Virus record (IMG/VR): IMGVR_UViG_3300033153_009436
Location: 1-52,428 of that record
Reading direction: 5' to 3' (one strand)
Source: a virus
Taxonomy: Duplodnaviria; Caudoviricetes
DNA length: 52,428 nucleotides
The position numbers and the translations under genes are program-made. Under the pieces are notes generated by a model that saw only the letters and a list, made by a program, of their open reading frames with translations, ran no database searches and had not been told where the DNA came from. This document shows positions 28,138 through 37,725 of this stretch, one piece after another (positions within the stretch are counted from its first letter, which is position 1; every line of letters begins with the position of its first letter).

Positions 28138-28587
28138 GAACGGAGTGAAACCACGGACAGTGGTGGCTGTCCAATGGTTTCAACTATGGCAACTCCGTTC
28201 AATAAAAAATAAAGCTATCAAGAGTAGAGCATTTCACCATATACTAGTGTTCCATATAGTATACACCAGATGATACTCCTGAATTAACTAGCGGCTCCGT
28301 GCATTAGCCCCAACATTACTAAGGGCACAAACTAGTTATTTTTGAATGTACTGATTCCACGGGTTGCTCATCATCCGCTCAGGGACCTACTACCAACACA
28401 AGGCTGGGTTCAATATAAATACACCTTTTTTTACCAAGGTTTACACAGACTTAGCATAACATTGCCATAACGTAATACATTCAAACTTTAAAATTATAAT
28501 GTGTATAGAGGCTATAACTCTATCCATACAGGTATTGACTAGTTTACCTGAGACTCCAGCATGGTTTTCACGTACAGAGCACACATT
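28138..28587 (-). ncRNA. Candidate structured ncRNA(s): tandem array of five folded domains
   Basis: ORF-free and GC-enriched. Closing stems GAACGGAGT/ACTCCGTTC, TAACTAG/CTAGTTA, TTTGAATGTA/TACATTCAAA, AATGTGT/ACACATT; G-U pairs favour the - strand. Confidence 0.6.
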
Positions 28588-29764
28588 AAAAAGGTAAAAC
28601 ATCCAGTTCTAGATCTTTTACATTTTTAGCTGTAATCTTTTTTTTATATTCATCTTTTAATATAAGAGATGATGGATCAATCTTAAATACACTCTCTTGG
28701 TCTATCCCAAAAGTACCATTTAATACACTATTAAACATATTCTTTGCAATTATTTGAACTGCAAATTCAGTTAAAGCATCATCTTTAACTAGTTTTTTAA
28801 TTAAATTATCATATGGATGTGCTGAACCAAAATAAGAACTATGGATATAATTCTCAAATCTAATACGCAAGGACTTAAAATTTACATAATTCCAATTTTT
28901 TGTTTCTTTTAAATCATCAGAATGAAAAAAGAATAACATAGCTAAATAAGTGTAAGATTCTTCAGTATTACAATTAGCCATTATTTCAACGCCTAAAGAT
29001 CTGTCATCTACATAATCACTCTTTATCATTTCAACTATATTACTATAGTTTTCTTCATTTAATGGTGTTGAATCTTCACTAGATACATTATTTATTACAG
29101 AATCTAAACACAATAAATGTTGATTATTTTTTAACCAATTAAAATTTGATATTTGTTCAGGTTCTATATAATATACATAACCTCCACTAGTTGAATGCAG
29201 TACGGATTCTAACCAAGTTTTCTTTGAGTTAGTAGATCCACCTTGATGATAATAATAAGGTTTACTAACACAAAATTGATCATCATCATTTACTGTATCC
29301 AGAAATTGTTTAATTTTAACAATAGCTGCATCTGTAAAACGGGCAGGCTGGTTTACATTACAATGTAAAAGATGTAAAAGATCCTTTTTTGATGTGTAAT
29401 TAGGAGTATTATATGTAGAACTATTTAGTGTACCAAAATATTTTTCTGATACTATTGCAATATCTGCTTTTTCTTTATCTCTAATTACTTGTGAGTCATA
29501 TTTTTTATTAATAATATTGACTTTTTCTCTAGGTAAAGCTAGATGAGGAAATCTATAAATTTTTGCTGAATTAAGTTTTGATTTATCAAACTCTGGTATA
29601 TCAATACCATAGAACTTCAGCCAGGCTTCATTCCATTGTTTTGTAATACCAATATATAGTCCTTTATGATGAAAGTCTAGTTCAGATACATCAAATAATT
29701 GAGTACCACAACTATCAATATAATTTATAGTTATATCATATAAGTTTTTTGTTACATTTATCAT
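28586..29764 (-). CDS. MoxR/VWA-associated protein (BRCT-like N-terminal region plus helical domain)
   Basis: ORF track; motif similarity to the adjacent 29766 ORF. Confidence 0.7.
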   Translation of the reverse strand: MINVTKNLYDITINYIDSCGTQLFDVSELDFHHKGLYIGITKQWNEAWLKFYGIDIPEFDKSKLNSAKIYRFPHLALPREKVNIINKKYDSQVIRDKEKADIAIVSEKYFGTLNSSTYNTPNYTSKKDLLHLLHCNVNQPARFTDAAIVKIKQFLDTVNDDDQFCVSKPYYYHQGGSTNSKKTWLESVLHSTSGGYVYYIEPEQISNFNWLKNNQHLLCLDSVINNVSSEDSTPLNEENYSNIVEMIKSDYVDDRSLGVEIMANCNTEESYTYLAMLFFFHSDDLKETKNWNYVNFKSLRIRFENYIHSSYFGSAHPYDNLIKKLVKDDALTEFAVQIIAKNMFNSVLNGTFGIDQESVFKIDPSSLILKDEYKKKITAKNVKDLELDVLPF

Positions 29765-29765
29765 A

Positions 29766-30830
29766 TTACTTCTTTTTTGATTTTAAATATTGCCTATACT
29801 CAGGTTTTACTTGAATTTTAAATACATATAGACTTCTATTTTCTATTCTTATTTCTCTTCTGACAATTGGTTCTAGATATCTAAAGTTTTCTTCATCAAG
29901 AAGCTCCTTTTCATCCAACCATAAGATCATTTCTTCTGCAGTTCTGTATGAAAAAGAACTAATATCTGCAGTATTTGACCAGTACTGAACATCTTTGTTC
30001 CTATTAAATTTATACATGGCATTATCAATACCATTTGCCAGCGTCCACAGTAAATGATAATTAGATCCATAGTCAATAGTTGGTAATATTTTACTAGCTA
30101 TTGCATTATCCTCATCATTGTAAGAGTTAACTTGTGTTATGATATCTTTTACCAGTTGCTCATCCAATATTTGTTTAGTTGCTGATTGATGCATAACATC
30201 TTCAACAGCCATAACAGAAAGTGACTCAGTATCAATTTTATGTGCCAGATTAACAGCCATTCCAGTTAACAACCAGGCATCATAAAGAGTATCATATGTG
30301 TCAACAGAACTGCTCCAAAGATTGAACCAATTACTTACTTTATCATCATAAAGTATAAGATTGCTTTTTCCATTAAGCATGGTATCTTTACTATACTTGA
30401 CACTAGATGGCATACTATTTGACTCTTTAAAAGTTTCATAGTTCCAAATTTTTGCCAGCATAGTGGTGGAATTAATATTATTTCCATTCTGAAAATGATC
30501 ATGGAAATCATCATGAGTTATGATGACTTCTGCTGCATTAAGATCACTTACTAATGTTATCCCGTGTTCTTTTAGTGCACTTCTCACTCTATCTATAGAA
30601 ACTGGTGATTTTGGGAGCAAAAATGCTCTCTTCCAGGATGTTTTAAGTTGCTTTGTAGTGCTAGTCTTTATGAGATCCTTTATTGTTTCATATTTAGTTT
30701 CAGAATCAGTAGAAATTATAGTCTCTATATCTCCATTGGAGTTAGAACACACCCCATATTCTGGGGTGTCTTCTAATCCAAAGTGTTTTAGAGCATCTTC
30801 ATTATATTCTTGATATACACTTTTACTCAT
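29766..30830 (-). CDS. MoxR/VWA-associated protein, probable paralog of 28586
   Basis: ORF track; start overlaps the ATPase stop. Confidence 0.7.
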   Translation of the reverse strand: MSKSVYQEYNEDALKHFGLEDTPEYGVCSNSNGDIETIISTDSETKYETIKDLIKTSTTKQLKTSWKRAFLLPKSPVSIDRVRSALKEHGITLVSDLNAAEVIITHDDFHDHFQNGNNINSTTMLAKIWNYETFKESNSMPSSVKYSKDTMLNGKSNLILYDDKVSNWFNLWSSSVDTYDTLYDAWLLTGMAVNLAHKIDTESLSVMAVEDVMHQSATKQILDEQLVKDIITQVNSYNDEDNAIASKILPTIDYGSNYHLLWTLANGIDNAMYKFNRNKDVQYWSNTADISSFSYRTAEEMILWLDEKELLDEENFRYLEPIVRREIRIENRSLYVFKIQVKPEYRQYLKSKKK

Positions 30831-32104
30831 TATTTTACAGTCATTTTAATTATTTCTGGATTCATCATTAGTTTATTAAACTTTTGCTTGTTTCCATTAA
30901 ATATAGTTCTCACAACAAGATACTTTAGATCATTATTAAAATGTTCTTTTGTACAAAGAGCAATTAATCTATCTGTAATCTTTTGTGTCACTGAATTTTC
31001 TTTAGAATAAACTACAGAATAGTTAGCTAATCTGGTTGCTAAAGTTGATGCAATATCTGCACGATAATTATCTCCTTCACCAACACAACCTTTTAATTCA
31101 CCTAAGATATATTTCTCATTATCATGAGTTAATAGATCTTTTGGTGTTACCAGTTTATCCAGTTTGTTATTTATAAAGGTAGTAAACATAGATGCAAATG
31201 TATCTCCAACAGAACCTTCACCAATTAATTGTATCATACTGAGATTTGATTCAAAATCATCAAAGCTTGATATAGAATTAAAAAAGGTTGTAATAGATCT
31301 TGCATTTGTTTCTTGAGTTACAAGTTCAGGATTTAATAATAGAAAGTTAATACATCTTGTATCTATACCTGATTCTTCTGCCCAACGAGCCCACACATCT
31401 ACATTAAACTTTAAATTTGCTGTGATGTATCTGGTCTTTTGTGCTGAGTCAACAGAATTAACCATATAATCTCCATTATCTGGATTAGCTGTTAACATGA
31501 TATGCCAATCTTTAGGTAATGTCCAAGAAATATATGTTTGTCTATCAATTAGTTCCATTACTGCTTGAATAAATCTAGTATCTGCTCTGTTCCAATCATC
31601 AAGAAGTAAGATACCACCCTCTTTCTTATCAGCTATCCATTCTGGTGCACAATAAGACATTCTGTTTTTACCAGTCATCTTATATCCATTCTTTAGATAT
31701 TCTTGTACTGCTAGTTCATCTACCCATAATCCAACTTTCTTGATTATTGAGTTTGATTCATCTAGCTTAGCTAAATCTGCTGATGCTGAAGTACGCTGAG
31801 CCGCAGTATAAGTAAGTTCATCTATTTTTTTTAGAACTTTTTTCTCTTTATACATTTGAAATTGACGTACAGGAAATCCAACAAGATCTCCTAGTTCCTC
31901 TATCTGAGCAAGATTTAATTTTACAAAATTTAGATTATTATCTTTTGCTAATTGAACAACTGCAGAAGTTTTACCAATTCCTGATTCTCCAACTACTTCT
32001 ATTGCAACAGGTGGTTTAGATTGTTCTTGTAAGAATCTATTATTTATAATAATATGATTTATAAAATCATTTAATTCATCAATGTTTAAATTTACTTGTG
32101 CCAT
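30830..32104 (-). CDS. MoxR-like AAA+ ATPase
   Basis: Walker A GESGIGKT, ELGDLVGFP, Walker B ILLLDDWNR, sensor TANP, arginine finger DSAQKTR. Confidence 0.88.
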   Translation of the reverse strand: MAQVNLNIDELNDFINHIIINNRFLQEQSKPPVAIEVVGESGIGKTSAVVQLAKDNNLNFVKLNLAQIEELGDLVGFPVRQFQMYKEKKVLKKIDELTYTAAQRTSASADLAKLDESNSIIKKVGLWVDELAVQEYLKNGYKMTGKNRMSYCAPEWIADKKEGGILLLDDWNRADTRFIQAVMELIDRQTYISWTLPKDWHIMLTANPDNGDYMVNSVDSAQKTRYITANLKFNVDVWARWAEESGIDTRCINFLLLNPELVTQETNARSITTFFNSISSFDDFESNLSMIQLIGEGSVGDTFASMFTTFINNKLDKLVTPKDLLTHDNEKYILGELKGCVGEGDNYRADIASTLATRLANYSVVYSKENSVTQKITDRLIALCTKEHFNNDLKYLVVRTIFNGNKQKFNKLMMNPEIIKMTVK

Positions 32105-32108
32105 TTTT

Positions 32109-33275
32109 TTAATTTAATTTAATTACTAATCCTGGTAACTCATCGTTGTCTCCTGAACTTGAACTTAAACACCATAAAGTGTTCTTTGGACATTCATCTG
32201 GAGCTGGTGCTTCACCATCTGTGCAATATATAAGTGCAGTATATGCACGTTTGTTTTCATTGAAATGATCTACAACTGGTTGAAAACTTGTGCCTCCTCT
32301 ACCTTTTATTTCCCAATCTTTTTTAGGATTGAATACTTCTACGCCTGCAAGGCTTGCATCACACTGTGCAACACTGATTTTATGCCCTGTCTTATGCATA
32401 TGGCATAATTCATTATAGAATTCCTTTAATTCATTAGATGATACTGAGCCAGATGTATCCACACCTACAAGAATATGATTCTTGAACTTGATCTTAAGTC
32501 CAGGATTTTCTTGATAACGTTTATTATACTTTCTCCGCATCTTCTTGGTGTAAACAATACTAGAATTGCCCACAAACCGTCTTAAATAACCTCTCCAGTC
32601 AAATTTAGGAGGTGGTATATTGAGTATTCTACTAATGATTTCTGATAGTTCTCCAGGAATAGTTCCTCTTCTCTTTTCAGTAATATCTGCAGTTTCTTTA
32701 AGCTGATGATCAATTTGCTTTTCTACAAGTCTTTTCTCAGCCTCAGTTAACTCATCAAATTCATCCCATGTTTTATGATCATCATAAGGACTATCTCCGG
32801 GTGACTCATTTAATATTGCATTTAATGAATCACAGGTTCCTTCTTCAGATGCCTGTTGTAGTAAATAATAGTATACTTTAGTTCCTGCTCTTTCAGGTAA
32901 ATTAAGTTCAGGAAATGAATCCAATGTTAATCCACCTTCTGGCAATTGTATACTACTTATGTATTGATTAATTTCAAGATCAGCTGCTATGTTAAATAAC
33001 TTTTTACTTTCAAAACTATCCCTATAAATAAGATGTCCAAAAGAAATATGTAATAGTTCATGTTTTAATAAACCTATTCTTTGTTCATTGTTCAGATTCA
33101 TAAAGAAATCTGGATTAATTGCTAATTGAACACCTATACCATGTTTACTGACACCCGCTGTTGGAATATCTTTTCTAAATTTCTTATTTAAACCAATAAG
33201 AAATAATCCATAAAATGCTTCATTTAATATTAAATTTTTAGAAGCTCTTGATAATTCTTCTGATATATCTACCAT
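32109..33275 (-). CDS. Metallopeptidase-VWA fusion (DUF2201-like)
   Basis: HELLH zincin motif, NIAADLEIN, MIDAS DTSGS, GRGGTSF, TDG. Confidence 0.88.
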   Translation of the reverse strand: MVDISEELSRASKNLILNEAFYGLFLIGLNKKFRKDIPTAGVSKHGIGVQLAINPDFFMNLNNEQRIGLLKHELLHISFGHLIYRDSFESKKLFNIAADLEINQYISSIQLPEGGLTLDSFPELNLPERAGTKVYYYLLQQASEEGTCDSLNAILNESPGDSPYDDHKTWDEFDELTEAEKRLVEKQIDHQLKETADITEKRRGTIPGELSEIISRILNIPPPKFDWRGYLRRFVGNSSIVYTKKMRRKYNKRYQENPGLKIKFKNHILVGVDTSGSVSSNELKEFYNELCHMHKTGHKISVAQCDASLAGVEVFNPKKDWEIKGRGGTSFQPVVDHFNENKRAYTALIYCTDGEAPAPDECPKNTLWCLSSSSGDNDELPGLVIKLN

Positions 33276-33667
33276 TTTAATTCTAATTTTACTTTATTAA
33301 TAAATGTAAACTCTAAACTTTGAAGAGCTTCTTCTACCATAGTATCCAGTTCTAAATTAATTATCTCTTTATCAAAATCAGTTATATTAAGATTTTTTGA
33401 AAAACGGAAAAATAAATTATCCCAGGATAAATCTATTTTAGAACTATCTTTTATTTCTAAAATTGAAAGAATACACTTTTCAAATTTATTTACAAATACC
33501 TGTCTTTTTCCATATATTAGACATTTTGCTAATATTACAATAGCAATGTTACTTATATCAATATTCTTGATATTAGAACAAGCTATTTCAAAATCTTCAT
33601 TAGAAGCAATTAACATTTTCTTTAATTCTTTATACGTTTTTATATCTAATTTTACTTTATTTGCCAT
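33269..33667 (-). CDS. Hypothetical protein of the MoxR/VWA cluster
   Basis: ORF track; overlaps the neighbouring genes on both sides. Confidence 0.7.
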   Translation of the reverse strand: MANKVKLDIKTYKELKKMLIASNEDFEIACSNIKNIDISNIAIVILAKCLIYGKRQVFVNKFEKCILSILEIKDSSKIDLSWDNLFFRFSKNLNITDFDKEIINLELDTMVEEALQSLEFTFINKVKLELKW

Positions 33668-34014
33668 TAATCTTCTATTTTTATAGTTTTAATCATCCAC
33701 TTTGGTTTTGTTTCTGAATGTAGTGCTACTAACCATTCTTTTGCTGATGGAATGTAGTTATTACAATCTTCTTTAACATGTTGTTCTCCAACATACCTTG
33801 TATATACAGTCTTTCCTTCACTATTACTGAAGTTTGACCCAAATATTTTTTCTAGTTCAAAGATTCCTTCACTATGATGTCTAAATAATCTATGTTCTGA
33901 GTGTCCTACCCAAGATTTAGTTGCATCAAACCACTCATGTATAGGAAGATAATCTTCTAGAACTCCACCAAACTTTCTTACAGAACTTTTAGCATGTAAT
34001 AAAGGATGAGCCAT
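33667..34014 (-). CDS. DUF6915-like His-rich protein
   Basis: HPLLHAKSS...IHEWFD...HRLFRHHSEG...EQHVKED...IPSAKEW pattern. Confidence 0.8.
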   Translation of the reverse strand: MAHPLLHAKSSVRKFGGVLEDYLPIHEWFDATKSWVGHSEHRLFRHHSEGIFELEKIFGSNFSNSEGKTVYTRYVGEQHVKEDCNNYIPSAKEWLVALHSETKPKWMIKTIKIED

Positions 34015-34382
34015 TATATAAAGATTTGTTCATTCCAGGAAGTGCTATCTATGCATCTTAAATGAAGATCCATCTCATAGCTATTATGTTCTAAATTTAT
34101 TGTTAATGTACCATAACCACCATCATTATTAATCCAATCTCCTGTAGAATCTGCATGCTCATGAATAATTTGGTAAAATATATCATCTAACTTTCTTATT
34201 GTTTCTCTTGTGTTTATTATTTTTGTATTGTGATCATAACTGACTACTTCATCAATACCACCATCATCTCCTGATCCAGAGAAAGCAATTTCTATAGTGT
34301 GCACATCTTTATCTTTTAGGCACATCATCTCCAACCTTTGTTCTAGGGTCAGTTTTCTTTTTAACTTTTTTTTTGTTTTCAT
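34014..34382 (-). CDS. DUF6878-like protein
   Basis: FSGSGDDG...WINNDGGYG pattern, a usual partner of DUF6915. Likely ATG at 34382. Confidence 0.75.
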   Translation of the reverse strand: MKTKKKLKRKLTLEQRLEMMCLKDKDVHTIEIAFSGSGDDGGIDEVVSYDHNTKIINTRETIRKLDDIFYQIIHEHADSTGDWINNDGGYGTLTINLEHNSYEMDLHLRCIDSTSWNEQIFI

Positions 34383-34746
34383 AGTCTTCAATTTCTATAT
34401 AAACTCCAGGTTCTTTTTTATCATAATGAAATGGTTTAAATGCAGGTATAATAAATTCACAGTTATCATCTTCAATCCATTCATGCTCCACCATATCATC
34501 TTGAACTGTCTGAGCTGGATTTATATAATCAAATTTATGTTTTGAACCTCTTATAAACCTGAATGATACTGTGACAGGCTCTTCATACTTTGAATATGTC
34601 TTGATAAAAGAATTTTTAAGCTTTTTATATAGAGCTTTAGTATCCTTTCTATACTTCATAACAGCTTTACTTGAGATGAAATACTTACCTGTCCATCTTC
34701 TACCATTCTTTGAACTTGGTACATTACCTGGTATAAACCATTTCAT
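34309..34746 (-). CDS. RusA-like Holliday junction resolvase
   Basis: NVPSSKN, FDYIN...VQD...IEDD motifs. Confidence 0.75.
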   Translation of the reverse strand: MKWFIPGNVPSSKNGRRWTGKYFISSKAVMKYRKDTKALYKKLKNSFIKTYSKYEEPVTVSFRFIRGSKHKFDYINPAQTVQDDMVEHEWIEDDNCEFIIPAFKPFHYDKKEPGVYIEIEDYENKKKVKKKTDPRTKVGDDVPKR

Positions 34747-35726
34747 TTTAATGTTTTTTTAAGGATTGAACTTAGATTTTCATGGGTTTTCTTGAATCCA
34801 TGTTCTTTTACAGAATCAGATACATCTTTACTTAAGTCTGGAATAGTACCTTTTATAGCATACTGATCATGATACTTTTGTACAGCTTTCTGACCTGCTT
34901 TATCATTATCAAATAGAGTGATCACTTTCTTATACTTCTTACATAAATTATCAATGATATAAGCTTTAATTATTGTGTTCTCACTGTCTGGTGCAATATA
35001 CTCTGCATTATAACTAAAATGTCTCAGAGTCATTATGTCTTTAAGTGATGAACATATGATTAAGTAAGGTTGATTGTATTTAAGTTGATCTACCCCCTGA
35101 ATATGATGGAATGCTTTAATAAATTTATGCTTCTTTTGTAAAGGTTGGTATACTTTATAAACTTTCCCACTTTTATCAAAATAACCATATATTTGAGAGC
35201 CTCTTATAGTAATGGTTTTAAGTTTTCCATCTTCTTCTTTAGACATCTTATAATACTCTAAAGCTTTTACATTATATTCAAAAAGAATTGATGTTCCTAT
35301 ACCAAATTGTAACCAGAAATCTCTATCATTTGAATTCCAACCTCTTGATTTAGTAAAATCAATTTGATATTTGGAATATTTTTTAAAATCTGATTGTTCA
35401 TAACTTCCATGTTCAAGGACATATGAGTTAAAATCTTGTATAATTTTAAAAACTGCTTCTGAATAAGTATTTACATCACTGTACAGTTCTTTTATTAAAT
35501 CAATTTTACTACCATATTTTCCACTAGAGAAATCTTTAAACTTATACTCACCAGATTTGTCATCCATAAAGATGCACATACTTGGTGTTCTCTCAGAAGG
35601 ATTAAATATTGATTTAATTTTTATGTCTTGTCCTGCCAATTTTTCTGGTAGATCTAAATAATACTCAAATACCCAGGTACTTGGGATTTGTACATCTGTT
35701 ACTATTAAATTTTTTGTAGTTAGCAT
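34743..35726 (-). CDS. DNA primase (Toprim, crAss-like)
   Basis: ERTPS...FKDF N-terminal domain, SSLKD, FDNDKAG, KDVSD. Confidence 0.85.
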   Translation of the reverse strand: MLTTKNLIVTDVQIPSTWVFEYYLDLPEKLAGQDIKIKSIFNPSERTPSMCIFMDDKSGEYKFKDFSSGKYGSKIDLIKELYSDVNTYSEAVFKIIQDFNSYVLEHGSYEQSDFKKYSKYQIDFTKSRGWNSNDRDFWLQFGIGTSILFEYNVKALEYYKMSKEEDGKLKTITIRGSQIYGYFDKSGKVYKVYQPLQKKHKFIKAFHHIQGVDQLKYNQPYLIICSSLKDIMTLRHFSYNAEYIAPDSENTIIKAYIIDNLCKKYKKVITLFDNDKAGQKAVQKYHDQYAIKGTIPDLSKDVSDSVKEHGFKKTHENLSSILKKTLK

Positions 35727-35736
35727 ATTGTAAAAT

Positions 35737-35772
35737 AAAAAGAGGGACTACAATTTAATGCAATCCCTCTTT
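35737..35772 (-). terminator. Intrinsic terminator
   Basis: AAAGAGGGA...TCCCTCTTT inverted repeat. Confidence 0.65.
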
Positions 35773-35791
35773 ATTTTATACTTAACAGCTA

Positions 35792-36496
35792 TTAGAGTTC
35801 AAAATCTGAGCCATTATTACTTGATTTTGGTTCAAATGAAGTAACATCATCCTTTTTCTTGATAGGTTTAATGTGTTCTTCCTTATTAAATTCTAGCAAT
35901 CTAGAGTTCTCTTTACCAACAGCTTCCAAAGGAATACCATCTTTACTCATACGTGGTAAATAAAGATCATTATTTATATAACCTTCTTTATTCTCCCACT
36001 CACGTCCAGCAATGCATGCATTAAAAAAATCAGAAGAACCTTTACTTGATGTAAACAACTTATTAGCCTCAACCATAAAGTCAAAAATGTCTTTAACTTC
36101 AATTGCATCAAGCTCATCTCTACAACCAAGTACCTCAGAAAGATAAATCATTGACTTTAGTACCTCAGTATCTCTGGAAATTTCTCTTCCACTTGGAAGT
36201 TTAGCATCCTTATAAGGCCATGGTCCAAATCTTACTCTTCCAACTTGTCCTTCATATCTTGGAGATTTTTCATTAGTTGGGTCCGTTAGGAACCCTTCAA
36301 ACTCACCCTCCACTGGCTTAGTTTCTACGTGCAGAAGAATATTATAAGCTTCTTTATCATATGGTGTTTGATCAAAAGTTATATTATTAATCCTGATCTC
36401 ATGATTTCCTGGATCAAGAACAGGTCTTACTTTACCACTTCCTGCGGTCATGTCTTTTGTACTTAACATAGTTTTGTTTTTAGTTGTTGTATTCAT
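35792..36496 (-). CDS. Putative single-stranded DNA-binding protein
   Basis: PGNHEIRI beta-rich start, acidic/aromatic tail DFEL, position after the Sak4-like ATPase. Confidence 0.6.
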   Translation of the reverse strand: MNTTTKNKTMLSTKDMTAGSGKVRPVLDPGNHEIRINNITFDQTPYDKEAYNILLHVETKPVEGEFEGFLTDPTNEKSPRYEGQVGRVRFGPWPYKDAKLPSGREISRDTEVLKSMIYLSEVLGCRDELDAIEVKDIFDFMVEANKLFTSSKGSSDFFNACIAGREWENKEGYINNDLYLPRMSKDGIPLEAVGKENSRLLEFNKEEHIKPIKKKDDVTSFEPKSSNNGSDFEL

Positions 36497-36518
36497 TTTT
36501 ATAGTTTTTGATTATTAA

Positions 36519-37205
36519 TTACTCATTTTCATACATAGCTATCTTGCGATTGACATAGTCAAAGCAATTTGGTATAAATCTGTCATCAAACATACCAGCT
36601 GGTGATTTACAAGTATTTTCTCCGTTGGTTTGTGTGTCAAACCCATATTTAAAAGAACCATCATCTTCTTTGATGACTCTTCCAAAGAGAACAATAGTGA
36701 AAAGTCCTTCCAAAGTTAATGAATTATCTATCATTTTCCCAACAGTTTTGGCTTTAACTTTGCGGTGTCCATTGACATCCGTTGACTCCTCAGAATGAGT
36801 TAAATAATACACATGAAGATCTTCTCTCATGTCTTTTGGCAGTTTAGAAACTGATGCTATATTGGTAGCAATATCAGTGAATTTATCATAGCCCTTTTCT
36901 TTGGACCTATCAAAATATTCAAAACTTGCCATATATTGAAAATCATCAATGATGAGATTCTTAATTTGAGGCATATTTTCTTCTACATGCTTCATAGCTC
37001 TTATTATACCATTTGCTGATGAAACAGAACTTATATTACCTTTAGGATTATCCTTTGATATTGGTGTATAATTCTTTTTCCATCCTTTAAAGGGTAATGC
37101 TTTACCAGCAACATTTATAATAAAGGTTTCTTTAGGATCTAGCTCTCTAATTGCAGTTGATTTACCTGCTCCTGAGTCTGCAATAATTAAAATTGATTGT
37201 GCCAT
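36519..37205 (-). CDS. Sak4-like AAA ATPase (AAA_24)
   Basis: ADSGAGKST, LIIDDFQY, KTVGKM, CKSP motifs. Confidence 0.82.
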   Translation of the reverse strand: MAQSILIIADSGAGKSTAIRELDPKETFIINVAGKALPFKGWKKNYTPISKDNPKGNISSVSSANGIIRAMKHVEENMPQIKNLIIDDFQYMASFEYFDRSKEKGYDKFTDIATNIASVSKLPKDMREDLHVYYLTHSEESTDVNGHRKVKAKTVGKMIDNSLTLEGLFTIVLFGRVIKEDDGSFKYGFDTQTNGENTCKSPAGMFDDRFIPNCFDYVNRKIAMYENE

Positions 37206-37206
37206 T

Positions 37207-37725
37207 TTATTTTTGTTTTAAATAATGTGTCATAATTACTAATTGATCATATATCTTTTCAAGCTGGTCCTCTACATTAGAATTAGAGCTTGGTTTTAAT
37301 TCATCTAATGATAATATATTCTGAATTTGTTTTTTAACTCCATTTCTAGAATTAATATCACTTATTACTTGTAATTCACCTACAGGTATAATATGTCTCT
37401 GAAACCCTGAACTACTTTCAATTAATTCATATTCTTCTTTCCAATGTTTATTATATTTCCATAGATACAATGTTCTCTTAGGGTCTTCAGACTCATAGTC
37501 TATACTTACAAATTCTGTATAAATACTATTTCCTTTTTCTAGTTCACTTGGAAAAAAGCTTATATGCAATTCATCTTTTCCTGATGGTCTATAAGCCATT
37601 TTTGGAATATATACAGAATTAGACATATCTGTACTGCTAAAGTAATTTTCATGTTCCACATGAAGATCTTTAACTTTTTGTTTACGGTCTTCTGGTGTCA
37701 TTTTTTTTTCTTTTGTACTAATCAT
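37207..37725 (-). CDS. Hypothetical protein
   Basis: ORF track. Confidence 0.7.
   Translation of the reverse strand: MISTKEKKMTPEDRKQKVKDLHVEHENYFSSTDMSNSVYIPKMAYRPSGKDELHISFFPSELEKGNSIYTEFVSIDYESEDPKRTLYLWKYNKHWKEEYELIESSSGFQRHIIPVGELQVISDINSRNGVKKQIQNILSLDELKPSSNSNVEDQLEKIYDQLVIMTHYLKQK

Noticed and set aside
28138-28587. CRISPR mini-array or DGR template repeat
   Set aside because: There are no direct repeats with spacers, no reverse transcriptase in the window, and no matching variable repeat in the fibre genes.
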